Below, in pieces: positions 47,864 to 58,700 of a stretch of DNA of 64,000 nt. Source of the stretch: Actinomycetota bacterium (GTDB lineage Bacteria > Actinomycetota > UBA4738 > HRBIN12); NCBI GenBank assembly GCA_035640355.1, contig DASQWI010000023.1, forward strand, positions 6,563 through 70,562, in the 5' to 3' direction. Both the position numbers and the translations under genes were made by a program. How positions within the stretch are numbered: the first letter of the stretch is position 1; each line of letters opens with the position of its first letter. Below the pieces are notes generated by a model that searched no databases, was not told the origin of the DNA, and saw only the letters and a list, made by a program, of their open reading frames with translations.

Positions 47864-48619
47864 ATGCGCCAGGCGGAGCGCCTCGGGGCGATCCTCGAGG
47901 ACCTCTCTACATCGGGGAGCGTCGGCGTGACCGAGCTCCGCGACCGGTTGGGCGTTTCCGCGGCCACGGTGCGCCGCGATCTCGAGCTTCTGGAGGAGCA
48001 GCGCCTACTGACTCGGACTCACGGCGGGGCCGTCGCGCAGATGGTGTCGTACGAACTCCCGCTGCGGTACCGCTCCGCGACACGCCAGGAGCAGAAGCGC
48101 CGGATCGGACAGGAGGCCGCTCGACGGGTGTACGACGGTGCGGTGATCGGCCTCACCGGCGGCACCACCACGACGGAGGTCGCCCGAGCGATCGCGCACA
48201 AATCTTTGACGGTCGTCACCAACGCGCTCAACATCGCGAGCGAGCTCGCCATCCGGCCCAACATCAAGTTGGTGGTGACCGGCGGCGTGGCCCGTGCCGA
48301 GACCTACGAGCTCGTCGGCCCGATCGCCGGCGCGGCCGTCGCGGATCTGAACCTCGACGTCGTGTTCATCGGCACGGACGGGATCAGCGCGGCGGCGGGG
48401 CTCACCACCCACCACGAGATCGAGGCGCACACCGACCGCGCGGTGATGGACCGGGGCTCGATGGTCGTCGTCGTGGTCGACGGCTCAAAGCTTGGTCGCG
48501 CCGCGTTCGTGCAGATCTGCCCGATCGATGCAGTCCACGAGATCGTTACGGACACGGATGGCGACTCGGACGAGCTCGCCGCGATCCGCCACGCGGGAGT
48601 GACCGTCACGGTCGTCTAG
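47864..48619 (+). CDS. DeoR-family transcriptional regulator
   Basis: 251 aa. N-terminal wHTH (LSTSGSVGVTELRDRLGVSAATVRRDLELLEEQRLL) and C-terminal sugar-phosphate-binding DeoR_C domain. Confidence 0.8.
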   Translation: MRQAERLGAILEDLSTSGSVGVTELRDRLGVSAATVRRDLELLEEQRLLTRTHGGAVAQMVSYELPLRYRSATRQEQKRRIGQEAARRVYDGAVIGLTGGTTTTEVARAIAHKSLTVVTNALNIASELAIRPNIKLVVTGGVARAETYELVGPIAGAAVADLNLDVVFIGTDGISAAAGLTTHHEIEAHTDRAVMDRGSMVVVVVDGSKLGRAAFVQICPIDAVHEIVTDTDGDSDELAAIRHAGVTVTVV

Positions 48620-48631
48620 TCCCCTCTTCGC

Positions 48632-49954
48632 TTAGCGGGCCGCCGGGGGCGCCGCCCGGATCGCCTCGGGGATCAGCTCGCCATGTGCGTCGATCAGCTC
48701 GTCCACCATGTCGAGGATCTGTTCGATGGCGAGCGTCGCGGCCGTGTTCGGGTCGAGCAGCGCTGCCTGGTAGACGAGCTCGCGCCGCTGTTCGAGTGCC
48801 GCGCGCACCGTGAGCTCGACCACGTTGAGGAACGTCCGGTTCAGCGCCAGACACTGCGGCGGCACGGCTCCGACCCGCGTCGGCTGCACCCCGTTCTTGT
48901 CGACGAGCGCCGGAACCTCGACGCATGCGTCCTCCGGCAGCCCTTCGATCAGGCCGCCGTTTCGGACGTTCACGTAGACCTCACGCGGCGTGCCGGTTTC
49001 CAGCGAATGGACGATCTCGGAGGCGAGCTCCGAAGCGGGCTCCACCTCGAGCTCGTGACCGGCATCGAGCCGCTGCTTCGTTTGCTCCCACTCGAGCAGG
49101 TTCTCGTCGCTCCGGCGGATGTACTCGTCGATCTCCGCCCGAAAGTGCTCGACCTGGTCCTCGTGGTGCAGGAACCACGGGACGTACTCGCTCGAGTGCT
49201 CGCTCGATTCGGTCGGGAAGTACCCGAAGCGTCGGAAGATCTCCACCCGGACGCGCCGACCGAGCCCTTCTGGATCGGCTTCCACGATCCGCCGAAGCAC
49301 GGGGTACAGGTCCTCGCCCGTTGAGCGTCGTCGGAACAGGTACACGAAACACTGATGGTTGAAGCCGGCGGTGCGAAAGGCGATGTCTTCTTCCGGTACG
49401 CCGACGGTCTCGGCGAGGAACGCGTGTGTGTCGCGCACCGAGTGGCACACCCCCACAACGTTCGAGAACGGCGTCCCCGCGTACACGCTCCACGGAACCA
49501 TGGCCATCGGGTTCGTGTAGTTCAGGAGAAGCGCGTTCGGCGCCAACTCGTTCAGATCGTTTCCGATGCTGACCATCACCGGGATCGTGCGGAGACCGCG
49601 GAAGATGCCGCCGATCCCGATGGTGTCGCCGATCGTCTGCCTGAGGCCGTACTTCTTGGGGATCTCGAAATCTCGAAGCGTGGCCTGATAGCCGCCGACC
49701 TGGATCTCATTGATCACGTAGGACGCGCCGCCGAGCGCCGCGCGTCGATCCGCGTGCGCCTCAACGGTGTATCCCGCACCGGTGCGTTCGACGATCGATC
49801 GCGCCGCTCGTGCGGAGTACTCGAGACGTTCATCGTCGATGTCGTGAAGCGCGACCGTCAGCGACCCGTGGAGCTCGCGGTACGAGCACAGGTCGGCGAT
49901 GATGTTGCGAGTGAACTCGACACTGCCCGCCCCGATCACCGCCAAGCGCGACAT
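48632..49954 (-). CDS. Glycoside hydrolase family 4, paralog 2
   Basis: 440 aa (MSRLAVIGAGS ... NYTNPM ... GVCHS ... TAGFNH). Confidence 0.8.
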   Translation of the reverse strand: MSRLAVIGAGSVEFTRNIIADLCSYRELHGSLTVALHDIDDERLEYSARAARSIVERTGAGYTVEAHADRRAALGGASYVINEIQVGGYQATLRDFEIPKKYGLRQTIGDTIGIGGIFRGLRTIPVMVSIGNDLNELAPNALLLNYTNPMAMVPWSVYAGTPFSNVVGVCHSVRDTHAFLAETVGVPEEDIAFRTAGFNHQCFVYLFRRRSTGEDLYPVLRRIVEADPEGLGRRVRVEIFRRFGYFPTESSEHSSEYVPWFLHHEDQVEHFRAEIDEYIRRSDENLLEWEQTKQRLDAGHELEVEPASELASEIVHSLETGTPREVYVNVRNGGLIEGLPEDACVEVPALVDKNGVQPTRVGAVPPQCLALNRTFLNVVELTVRAALEQRRELVYQAALLDPNTAATLAIEQILDMVDELIDAHGELIPEAIRAAPPAAR

Positions 49955-49989
49955 GGGCGGAGTGTAGCGGCGACGACGGAGTCAATGAC

Positions 49990-50934
49990 TTGATCGTCTG
50001 CGTCGCCGCGAATCCTTCGATCGACAAGCTCTTCGAGGTGGAACGTCTCCACATCGGGGCGATCCACAGACCTCGCTCGTTCACGCAGGTTCCCGGGGGC
50101 AAGGGGTTGAACTGCGCGCGGGCTGCGGCCGCGCTCGGCGCCGACGTGACCGCCACCGGGATCCTGGCCGGACACACAGGTCGCTGGATCGAGGAATCGC
50201 TCGCCGGCGAAGGCGTGGAGCGACGGTTCGTATGGACCGATGGCGAATCCCGGGCCTGCCTCTCGGTCGCATCCGCGACTGAGGACGGACTGCTGACCGA
50301 GTTCTACGAGCGCGGACCCGACATCGAACCCGTCGTCTGGGGCCGGCTCGAAGAGCTTCTCGGCGACATCGTGTCCGATGCCTCGTGGACGACGATCTCC
50401 GGATCGTTGCCTCCCGGTGTCAGCGCTAACGGGTATCTGAGGCTCGCGGAGATCGCAAGCGAAAACGGAGCTCGTGTGGCGATCGATGCGGAGCCCGATG
50501 CGCTGACACACGCGCTGAAGGCGCAACCGGCGATCGTGAAGGTGAACGCCGATGAGGCGGGCGCGTTCCTCGGCTCGCCCATCCCCACCGAGAGGGAAGC
50601 CGCTGCGGCGGCGCGTGAGATTCGGGCTCGGGTGGCGTCTCCCGATGCGGCCGCGATCGTCACGCGAGGTGTCGAGGGCGCGCTCGTCTGTCGCTCAGCG
50701 GATGAGGTCCTGCGAGCGCGTCTGTACGAGCGAGGTCCGTATCCCGTCGGCAGCGGCGATGCGTTTCTCGCAGGACTCGTAACCGCGTTGGACCGTGACG
50801 AGGGCTGGGAGGCGGCGCTTCGCTTGGCGCTCGGTGCTGCCGCAGCCAACGCCGAGCGACCCGGCGCCGGGCGCTTGGACGGCGTCCGCGCGATCGAGCT
50901 CGCCCCCCGCGCCGTCATCGAGTCGGTGTACTGA
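49990..50934 (+). CDS. PfkB-family hexose-phosphate kinase (1-phosphofructokinase/tagatose-6-phosphate kinase-like)
   Basis: 314 aa. N-terminal NPSIDK ... VPGGKGLNCARA; C-terminal GSGDAFLAGL. Confidence 0.75.
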   Translation: MIVCVAANPSIDKLFEVERLHIGAIHRPRSFTQVPGGKGLNCARAAAALGADVTATGILAGHTGRWIEESLAGEGVERRFVWTDGESRACLSVASATEDGLLTEFYERGPDIEPVVWGRLEELLGDIVSDASWTTISGSLPPGVSANGYLRLAEIASENGARVAIDAEPDALTHALKAQPAIVKVNADEAGAFLGSPIPTEREAAAAAREIRARVASPDAAAIVTRGVEGALVCRSADEVLRARLYERGPYPVGSGDAFLAGLVTALDRDEGWEAALRLALGAAAANAERPGAGRLDGVRAIELAPRAVIESVY

Positions 50935-50988
50935 GCAGGGACGAGTCGCCCATCGCGGGTCGAGGTCCCAGGGCAACCTCGTTGCCGT

Positions 50989-51777
50989 TCACATGTACCT
51001 CGTCACGAAGCCGCGCCGCAGGAACGTGCCGAACATCCGCCTTGCGAACCAGAACGCGATTGCCCCGTACACGACGTCGAGCGCGAACGCCCATGGGAGG
51101 CTTCCCCACACGGCCGCGCGATCGGCCAGAGAGGCGCGCATAGCCTCGAACGCGTGCGCCGGCGGAACGAAGATCGCGATGGCTTGTGCCCATCCCGGCA
51201 ACGCCGACACCGGATAGAACACCGCCGAGAACGGGACGACGATCGCCGCGAGCGCCCACGCCAGCTCGTCGGCGGCGTAGCCCAGTCGCATGATGCACCC
51301 GATCACCACGAGCGCAAGCGCGATGCCAAACAGCAACATCACACCGATGTAGAGAACAACGCCCATTCCGAGTTCGAGCACCCCGAACGAGAACAGCGCC
51401 CATGCCAACCCCGCCATGACCGTCCACGTCACGGCGACCTTGCCGAGGCCGAACACGACGGCGCCGGTCAGATACTCAGCAGACGTGATCGGGGACGCCA
51501 GCACGGAGATGAGGTTCTGCGAGTGGACCTCCTCCAGGAAGCACAGCGCGACGCCGTTCTTCGCTCGGAAGACGAGATCCCACAGGAGCAGCCCACCGAG
51601 GAAGAACGCGACCGGCGTGGGCAAGTCGACGCCGCTGCGCAGCAGGAAGACGGTGATCAACCCCCACAGGATGAGATCGACGATCGGCCAGAACGCCAGC
51701 TCGATCAGTCGCGTGGGTGAGTGGATCGTCACGTAGAACTGGCGGCGAACGACCGCAGCGATCCGACCAGGATTCAT
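50989..51777 (-). CDS. ABC-2 type exporter permease
   Basis: Start MNPGR with an ATGA overlap on the ATPase stop. 6 TM helices, ABC-2 fold. Confidence 0.7.
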   Translation of the reverse strand: MNPGRIAAVVRRQFYVTIHSPTRLIELAFWPIVDLILWGLITVFLLRSGVDLPTPVAFFLGGLLLWDLVFRAKNGVALCFLEEVHSQNLISVLASPITSAEYLTGAVVFGLGKVAVTWTVMAGLAWALFSFGVLELGMGVVLYIGVMLLFGIALALVVIGCIMRLGYAADELAWALAAIVVPFSAVFYPVSALPGWAQAIAIFVPPAHAFEAMRASLADRAAVWGSLPWAFALDVVYGAIAFWFARRMFGTFLRRGFVTRYM

Positions 51778-52502
51778 CGTCGTGCCTCCTCCGCGATCGA
51801 GACGAACGTCTCCTCCAGGTCCTCCCGCCCGTATCGAGCCGCGATCTCCGAGGGCGTCCCGTCGGCGACGGCTCTTCCGAGCGCGAGGAAGATCACGCGC
51901 CGGCACATCCGTTCGATCTCGTCCATGTTGTGCGAGGTCATGAGGATGGTGAAGCCCTCACGTCGTTGCTCCTCGAGCAGCACACGGCGAACCTCGCGAC
52001 CCACCTCCGGGTCGAGCGATGCGGTCGGCTCGTCCAGCACGAGCAGGCGTGGTCGGTTCATCATCGACTTGGCCAAGCCGACGAGCGTGCGCTGACCGCT
52101 CGATAGGTGGGCCGTCTTCTTGTCATACAGATGCGAGACGCGAAGGAGCTCCAGCGCCTCGCGCGCGCGCGAGCGCGGCACGCCGTAGGCGTCGGCGAAG
52201 ACCCACAGGTAATGCTTCACTCGGAAATCCCCGGGGAGCGAGACGTAGGTCGCCGTGAAGTTCGTCTGTACGAGCGCGGCCGAGCGTTCTTCGGGAAGCG
52301 GAAGGTCGAGCAGACGAACCTTGCCGACGTCCGGCTCGATGATGCCGAGCAGCATCATCAGGGTCGTCGTCTTGCCCGCGCCGTTCGGTCCGAGGAGCGC
52401 GACGACATCGCCCTCCTCCACCAGGATCGTCAGATCGTCGACCGCGCGAACGTCGCGGAACGACTTGGTCAGATTTCGTGCTTCGATCGCGAACGACGCC
52501 AC
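51774..52502 (-). CDS. ABC transporter ATP-binding protein (ABC-2/drug-exporter type)
   Basis: 242 aa. Walker A GPNGAGKTT, signature LSSGQRTLV, Walker B LLVLDEPTASLD. Confidence 0.8.
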   Translation of the reverse strand: MASFAIEARNLTKSFRDVRAVDDLTILVEEGDVVALLGPNGAGKTTTLMMLLGIIEPDVGKVRLLDLPLPEERSAALVQTNFTATYVSLPGDFRVKHYLWVFADAYGVPRSRAREALELLRVSHLYDKKTAHLSSGQRTLVGLAKSMMNRPRLLVLDEPTASLDPEVGREVRRVLLEEQRREGFTILMTSHNMDEIERMCRRVIFLALGRAVADGTPSEIAARYGREDLEETFVSIAEEARR

Positions 52503-52680
52503 CTCTCACCTCCACGCTCGACGCCACGGCGGGCGAAACCGACACGGTCGTGAAGACCGGTCGTCCGGAGGACCTCGGGCGAGGCTCGACCTCCGGTATC
52601 GAGGTCAGAGGTGGCTATCCATCAACGACATCCTACGCCTCGTCGGTAGCCGCCATTCCAGTCCCGCGTACGCTTCCCTC

Positions 52681-53290
52681 GATGAGGCGGCGTCTGCCCG
52701 CGATCGTGCTCGCGATCGCCGTGACGGGGTGCGGCGCCGAAGGAACGAACCACGAGCCCATTACGACGGCGGACATCCTTCGCGCGATCGTGGTCTCTGA
52801 AATGGAACCACCTGCGCGGACGAGGTACTTCCGCACGGAGCGGGGCGCGGCGAGCGCGACGCAGCTTGTCCAAGACGGACGACCCGAGCTGCAGGTCTTG
52901 GTTCAACGCGGTCTCGACGATGCCCTGACGAGGGAGTTTGGTACGCCGGGGATCATCGCGATGCTCCTGGAAGGAGAGCCGACCGAGTCGCTCGATACGA
53001 GACGGGATGTCTGGGTGGCCTCCACGGTGTTGGCGTACGATGATTCGGGCGCCGCGCGCGCAGCGCAGTCGGTATTCGTCGATGCGACAGGCAGACGTCT
53101 CGAGCAGGAACGCAACGTCGTGTTGGGCGACGGAGGTACCGCGTTCCGCGGGCGGTTCCTGCGCGACATGCCCGTTGTGACGCTCCTATGGCGCAACGAG
53201 CGGTTCGTGCTTCACGTGATGGCCGTTGGCGCCGCCGCTCACTCCGAGATCAGAGCCATCGGCCGCGACGTGGACGACCGCGTGCCGTAG
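52681..53290 (+). CDS. Hypothetical lipoprotein
   Basis: Start MRRRLPAIVLAIAVTGCGAEG (lipobox). No family recognised. Confidence 0.45.
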
Positions 53291-53309
53291 CTCGGCGTAG
53301 CATTCGCGA

Positions 53310-54143
53310 ATGGCTCGCCGGCCAGCGACATTCCTCGGCAAGAGTCGCTGGTTCAGCGCTGTGGCCGCGCTCGTGATCCTCGGCGCCGCGTGTAGAAGCG
53401 AGTCCGAACCACCGGCGGGCCGACCCTCGACCGGCCAACCCTCGACCGGACGCCCAGTGCTCAAGCCCGTCGGATCGGTGGACGGCGCGCCGCTCGGGTA
53501 CGTCGAGTACCTCCCACCCGGTTACGGCGACGGGGTCGCTCGCCCGCTCTTGGTCTTCCTCCACGGCGGAGGCGAGAGCGGCGACGGAAGCGAAACGTCT
53601 CTCGATGCGGTGTTCAAGCTCGGCATCCCTAAGCTCATCCAGAACGACGAGTGGCCGGAGGACCGTCCCTTCGTCGTCCTGATGCCGCAGTACGGAGTCG
53701 ACGCCTCGAACGATTGTCAGCTCGCAGACGAGATCGACGCGTTCCTATCGTTCGCGATCGACAACTACGACGTAGACGAGGATCGCCTGTATCTGACCGG
53801 CATCAGTTGCGGAGCGATCGGGGCGTGGGACTACCTGGCCGAGAACGGCGATGACGTCGTCGCTGCAGCGGTTCTCATCGCCGGCCATGCGGAAGACGCC
53901 TACGCGAAGGCCGGGTGCTCGCTCGGGGAAGTGCCGATCTGGGTCTTCCACGGCCGGGCCGACAGCATCGTGCCGATCGATTTCGTCGAGGACCGAGTCG
54001 CCGCAATCCGGGCATGCGAGCCGCCGCCTGAGGAACTGCAGCTGACCATCTATCCCGGCGTCGACCACAACTCGTGGAGTCGGACGTACAACCTGTCCGA
54101 GGGCCACGACGTCTACGCGTGGCTCCTCGACCACACCACCTAA
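53310..54143 (+). CDS. Secreted alpha/beta-hydrolase esterase (lipoprotein)
   Basis: 277 aa. Lipobox LGAAC, nucleophile elbow GISCG, LVFLHGGGESGDG. Confidence 0.65.
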   Translation: MARRPATFLGKSRWFSAVAALVILGAACRSESEPPAGRPSTGQPSTGRPVLKPVGSVDGAPLGYVEYLPPGYGDGVARPLLVFLHGGGESGDGSETSLDAVFKLGIPKLIQNDEWPEDRPFVVLMPQYGVDASNDCQLADEIDAFLSFAIDNYDVDEDRLYLTGISCGAIGAWDYLAENGDDVVAAAVLIAGHAEDAYAKAGCSLGEVPIWVFHGRADSIVPIDFVEDRVAAIRACEPPPEELQLTIYPGVDHNSWSRTYNLSEGHDVYAWLLDHTT

Positions 54144-54149
54144 CGACCC

Positions 54150-55241
54150 TTGTTCGTCATTCATGGTTCATTCCTCCCGATGGACGAGAACCAGCGAGAC
54201 GTGTCGAACGCGACGCTCCCGATCCGATCGGCCCGAATGACAGCGAAGGTTTGCCTTCGCTGTGACTGGCAAGGCGAAACGAGGGAATCGACCTGCCCGA
54301 ACTGTGGAGTGCTGCTGTACGTGCCCGGCGCCACGCAGCCGAAGCTCGCGGGACCCCAGGCACGCGACGATCGCGGGGCGCTGAACCAACTGGCAGAGTC
54401 GCTCACTTCGCGGCTCGATCCACCGGTGTCACCCCGAAGGGAGGCGATGTCTCGCGCGTCCACCGGCTCGGCCGCAGTGTTCGTCATCGCGGCTTTCGTG
54501 CTGATCGTGGCCTTCGACGCGTGGCTCGGGTCAAACGGAGCAGCCCCGACGATATCCGAGCCGCCGGACGCCAACTTTGAAGACTGGTTCGTTCCGCCCA
54601 TCTCGCGGTTGGACCTGCCCGCACCGCCAGCCGGCGTCGGCCCGATCGAGCCCGTGCCCAGCTGGAACTCCTGCGGGAAGAGATGCAGACGCGAGCTGAC
54701 CGTCGGAGGCGTGCCGCTCTCGTTCCGTGTGCCCACGCGAGGCTGGGAGGCGTTCGGCGATATCTCGATCAACAAGTCGATCGTCGGGCCCCAAGGCGCC
54801 GAGGCGATCATGTACTGGACGACCATCCCCGGCGACTACGCCAACCCGTGCGTCGACGTTCTCGGCATGCCGGTCCCTCGAACGGTCGCGGAACTCGTCG
54901 CAGAAGTGGCGGATGCGCCGGGCACGGAGCTCCTCGCACCTCCCTCGAACGTGAGGGTCGGCATGCATCGGGGGAAGCACGTCGCCTTGCTCGTTCGTAA
55001 GGATCTCGGATGCGATCCGGGATACTTCTTCATCTGGCACGACATGGAGGCGGGCGCGCTCTGGCCCTCGACAGAGGTGGGGCACGCGATCAGCATCTGG
55101 ATCGTCGACACGGGTCACAAGCCGATCTTCATCGCGGCCGTGACCAGCGAGCAGGCCAGTGAGCAGCTCCATCAGGAGATCGGACTGATCGTTCGGTCGA
55201 TCCGCTTCGAGGCATCACCGGCTGCTCGCCGACAGTCTTAA
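54150..55241 (+). CDS. Hypothetical membrane protein with N-terminal zinc-ribbon (CxxC...CxxC), one TM helix and an extracytoplasmic domain
   Basis: CLRCDWQGETRESTCPNCG, then the TM segment AAVFVIAAFVLIVAF. Alternative starts at 54180 and 54238. Confidence 0.5.
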   Translation: MFVIHGSFLPMDENQRDVSNATLPIRSARMTAKVCLRCDWQGETRESTCPNCGVLLYVPGATQPKLAGPQARDDRGALNQLAESLTSRLDPPVSPRREAMSRASTGSAAVFVIAAFVLIVAFDAWLGSNGAAPTISEPPDANFEDWFVPPISRLDLPAPPAGVGPIEPVPSWNSCGKRCRRELTVGGVPLSFRVPTRGWEAFGDISINKSIVGPQGAEAIMYWTTIPGDYANPCVDVLGMPVPRTVAELVAEVADAPGTELLAPPSNVRVGMHRGKHVALLVRKDLGCDPGYFFIWHDMEAGALWPSTEVGHAISIWIVDTGHKPIFIAAVTSEQASEQLHQEIGLIVRSIRFEASPAARRQS

Positions 55242-55657
55242 GGCACGCCCGCCCGGCGCGGTGCATCGGTGATGGGCTCAGGCGCGTGCCACACGGCCTC
55301 GACGTTGTTGGCGTGGAGGTCGTTCACGAACGCGGCGTAGTAACGCTCCGAGTATTGCGTCCAGACGCCGGGCTCGCCGCGCGCCATCGCACCGTTCGCC
55401 ATCGCGGCCTCGAAGAACGCGTCGACGGCGTCGCGCCCAGCCGCGTCGAATGCCACGTGCGCCGCGGTGGTGACCGGACTTCCGCGGGAGATCACGAAGT
55501 CGTCCAAGTCGTCCGTGCCATAGCTCACGCCGTCCTCCTGAACGTGCAGCTCCGTGTAGCCGAGTGGCGCCAGAGCGGCCGTGTAGAGACGCCGGCTGGC
55601 GTCGAGATTCTCGACCACGAAGAGAACGTGATCCACGATCACGCGCCGAACGGTCAT
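55238..55657 (-). CDS. VOC/glyoxalase-family protein
   Basis: Start MTVRRVIVDHVLFVVENLDASRRLY, typical VOC N-terminus. Confidence 0.6.
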   Translation of the reverse strand: MTVRRVIVDHVLFVVENLDASRRLYTAALAPLGYTELHVQEDGVSYGTDDLDDFVISRGSPVTTAAHVAFDAAGRDAVDAFFEAAMANGAMARGEPGVWTQYSERYYAAFVNDLHANNVEAVWHAPEPITDAPRRAGVP

Positions 55658-55769
55658 CTCGGACTTCGATCCTAGCCCCGAGGCGGAAACCACCCTCCCG
55701 ACCAGCTGATTCAAGGCGTTGCCGTGCGCCACATCGTCAACGTCGACAGTGGCAGCGGATAATCGCCCG

Positions 55770-58700
55770 ATGACCGGCGACCTCCCTCGCGGCGGTGCGG
55801 ACGACGCTCCGATCCGCGCGTTCCTGATCGCGGACGTTCGCGGTTACACCCTGTTCACCCAGGAGCGCGGGGACGAGGCCGGGGCGAAGCTGGCGGCCAA
55901 ATTCGCCGACATCGTCCGCGACGTTGTCGAGACCCGCGGCGGGACGCTGCTCGAGCTCCGCGGCGACGAGGCTCTCTGCGTATTCGGGTCCGCGCGCGAG
56001 GCGATCCGCACGGCGGTCGAGCTCCAAGAGCGATTCGTCGAGGAGACCATCGCGTCGCCGGAGCTGCCGCTCACCGTCGGAATCGGTCTGGATGCGGGCG
56101 AGGCGGTTCCCGTCGAGGGCGGGTACCGCGGCGGCGCGCTGAACCTCGCTGCGCGGCTGTGCGGTCAAGCGCGTGCCGGCGAGATTCTCGCCTCACGTGA
56201 GGCGACCCACCTGGCGCGCCGGCTCGACGGCATCCGCTACCAAGACCGCGGCTCACTGACGTTCAAGGGCCTGTCGGATCCCGTGACCGTCGTGCGCGTC
56301 GTTCCCGAAACGGGCGACCCGATCGAGCGGCTCCGGCCATTCGCACCGCCGGCGCCCGAGCCGCCGCCAACGCAGCGACGGTGGCTCGTACCGGTAGCGG
56401 TCGCCGCTGCGCTGGCGCTCGTCGCGGTCGCCATCCCGCTGCTGGGCGGTGACGAAGATCCGGGGCACATCGGCTCGGACTCAGTCGCGCTGCTCGATAT
56501 CGAGGACGGATCCGTAGGTCTGTCCGAGACGATCGGCGACCGACCGGGTGCCATGGCGGTCGCGTTCGACAGCGTGTGGGTTCTCCAGCCCGACCGTGGT
56601 CGCATCGTCCGTCTCGACACCGACGACGGCGCGGTGCAGGACACGATCCCCGTTGGATCGTCCCCCGCGTCGCTCGTGGCCGGCGACGATGAGATTTGGG
56701 TAACAAACGCCGTGGACGGCACGGTCAGCCGGGTCGACGAGGAGACGAACCAGGCAAGCCAGTCGCTACCCGCCGGATCGCGCCCGACGGGCATCGCCAG
56801 CGGGGACGGTGCACTGTGGATCGCCGACACGACCGGCGCGGCCCTCCTCCGCGTCGACCCGTCCGGCGTCGACGAGCCCTCTTCGATCCCGCTCCCCGGC
56901 GAGCCCGCAGGCGTCGAGTGGACCGATCACGGGGTTTGGGTCTCCTACTCCCCCGACGGCATCGCTCGCATCGATCCGTCCTCCGGCATGATCACTCACA
57001 CCCAGACGGTCGGAGCCGAACCGACGGCCATCCTGTTGGCGCACGGATCGATCTGGGTCGCGAACCACCTCGGCGGCACTGTCGCGCGCATCGACCCGTC
57101 GAGTGGCGACGTCGTGGATCTGATCCCTGTCGGTGACGGACCGAACGCGCTGGCGTCGACGACCGACTCGGTGTGGGTGACGAACGAGTACGACGGGACG
57201 GTGATGATGATCGACCCGACGACAAACGATGTCGCACGCGCGGTCTCGCTCGATGCGACGGCGGCGTCGCTTGCTACCGATGGCGACGGTCTGTGGGTCG
57301 CGGTCGGCGCGTCTGCCAGTGAACATCGCGGCGGTACGCTGCGAGTCGCGGGCGGGGTCATCGAGAGTCTGGATCCCGCAGTCGCGTACGACACGCAAGC
57401 GTGGCAGATCCTGACGATCACGAACGACGGGCTCCTCTCGTACAAGCGGGTCGGCGGCACCGAGGGCACGACGCTCGTCCCCGACCTGGCCTCTGCCCTG
57501 CCCGACGTCTCCCCCGACGGACTGACCTATCGGTTCCCATTGCGCGACGGCCTCCGCTACTCCACCGGAGAACCGGTCCTTCCTGAGGACTTCCGCTACG
57601 GGCTCGAGCGGGCGATCGCCATCACTCCCGATGCCGCCAACTTTTTCGGAGCGATCGAGGGCGCGGCGGCGTGCGCCGAGGCCGGACAGGCGTGCGACCT
57701 ATCCAACGGGATCCTCGTCGATGGAGCGGCGATCTCGATCCGGCTCGAACGACCGGACCCCGACTTCCTGTACAAGCTCGCGATGCCGTTTGCCTACCCG
57801 CTGCCGTCAATCGTCCCGATGGAAGATCAGCGCCTCGAGCCGCTCCCGGCGACAGGCCCGTATATGGTTCGGGACGGCAGCCGAGAAGGGATCGAGCTCG
57901 GCCGCAACCCGGAATTCCAGCAGTGGTCAGGCGCGGCCCAACCCGACGGCTTCGTCGACGCAATCACATGGGAGTTCCGCGAGGGTCGTATCGACGCGCT
58001 CCAAGCCGGAGCGCTCGACTGGACAATAGGGGCGCCCCCCGAGGACGTGGATGCGCTCCGCGCGTCGAGTCCGGACCAGGTTGTCTCCGCACCGGATTCG
58101 TCGATCTTTTTCGTGGGGTTCGACGTCGCTCAGGCGCCGTTCGACGACGTTCGGGTTCGTCGGGCGGTCAACTACGCAATCGACCGCGCGCACGTCGTCG
58201 AGCTCTTGGGCGGGCCGGCGTTCTTCCGCCCGTCGTGCCAGCTCGTGCCGCCGAGCATTCCCGGGTACCAGCCCTTCTGCCCGTACACGGCTGATCCCGA
58301 CACCGGGCGCTGGTCCGCGCCGGACCTCGAGCGCGCGCGCCAGCTGATCCAGGCCGCCGGCGTTGCGGGCGACCACGTTACGGTCTGGTCGCCCAGTGGC
58401 GCGGGTGTTCCCACAGGGATCGACGAGGTCATGGCCTACGTCGCGGACCTGCTGACGCAGCTCGGGCTGCCGGCAGAGTTGAGGGTGATCGACAACGTCG
58501 ACACATACTTCGGCAAATACCTGTACGGGACAGAGCCGGGAACCGCGCGCCATCCCGCGATCTTCATGGCCGGATGGCTTCCGGACTTCTTGACCGCGAC
58601 GAACTACATCGAGCCGCAGTTCGGTTGCAACGCCGGCCCGAACGCGTTCGGCGTCTGCGATCGAACGCTCGAGCGCATGATGGACGAAGCGAAGCGCCTC

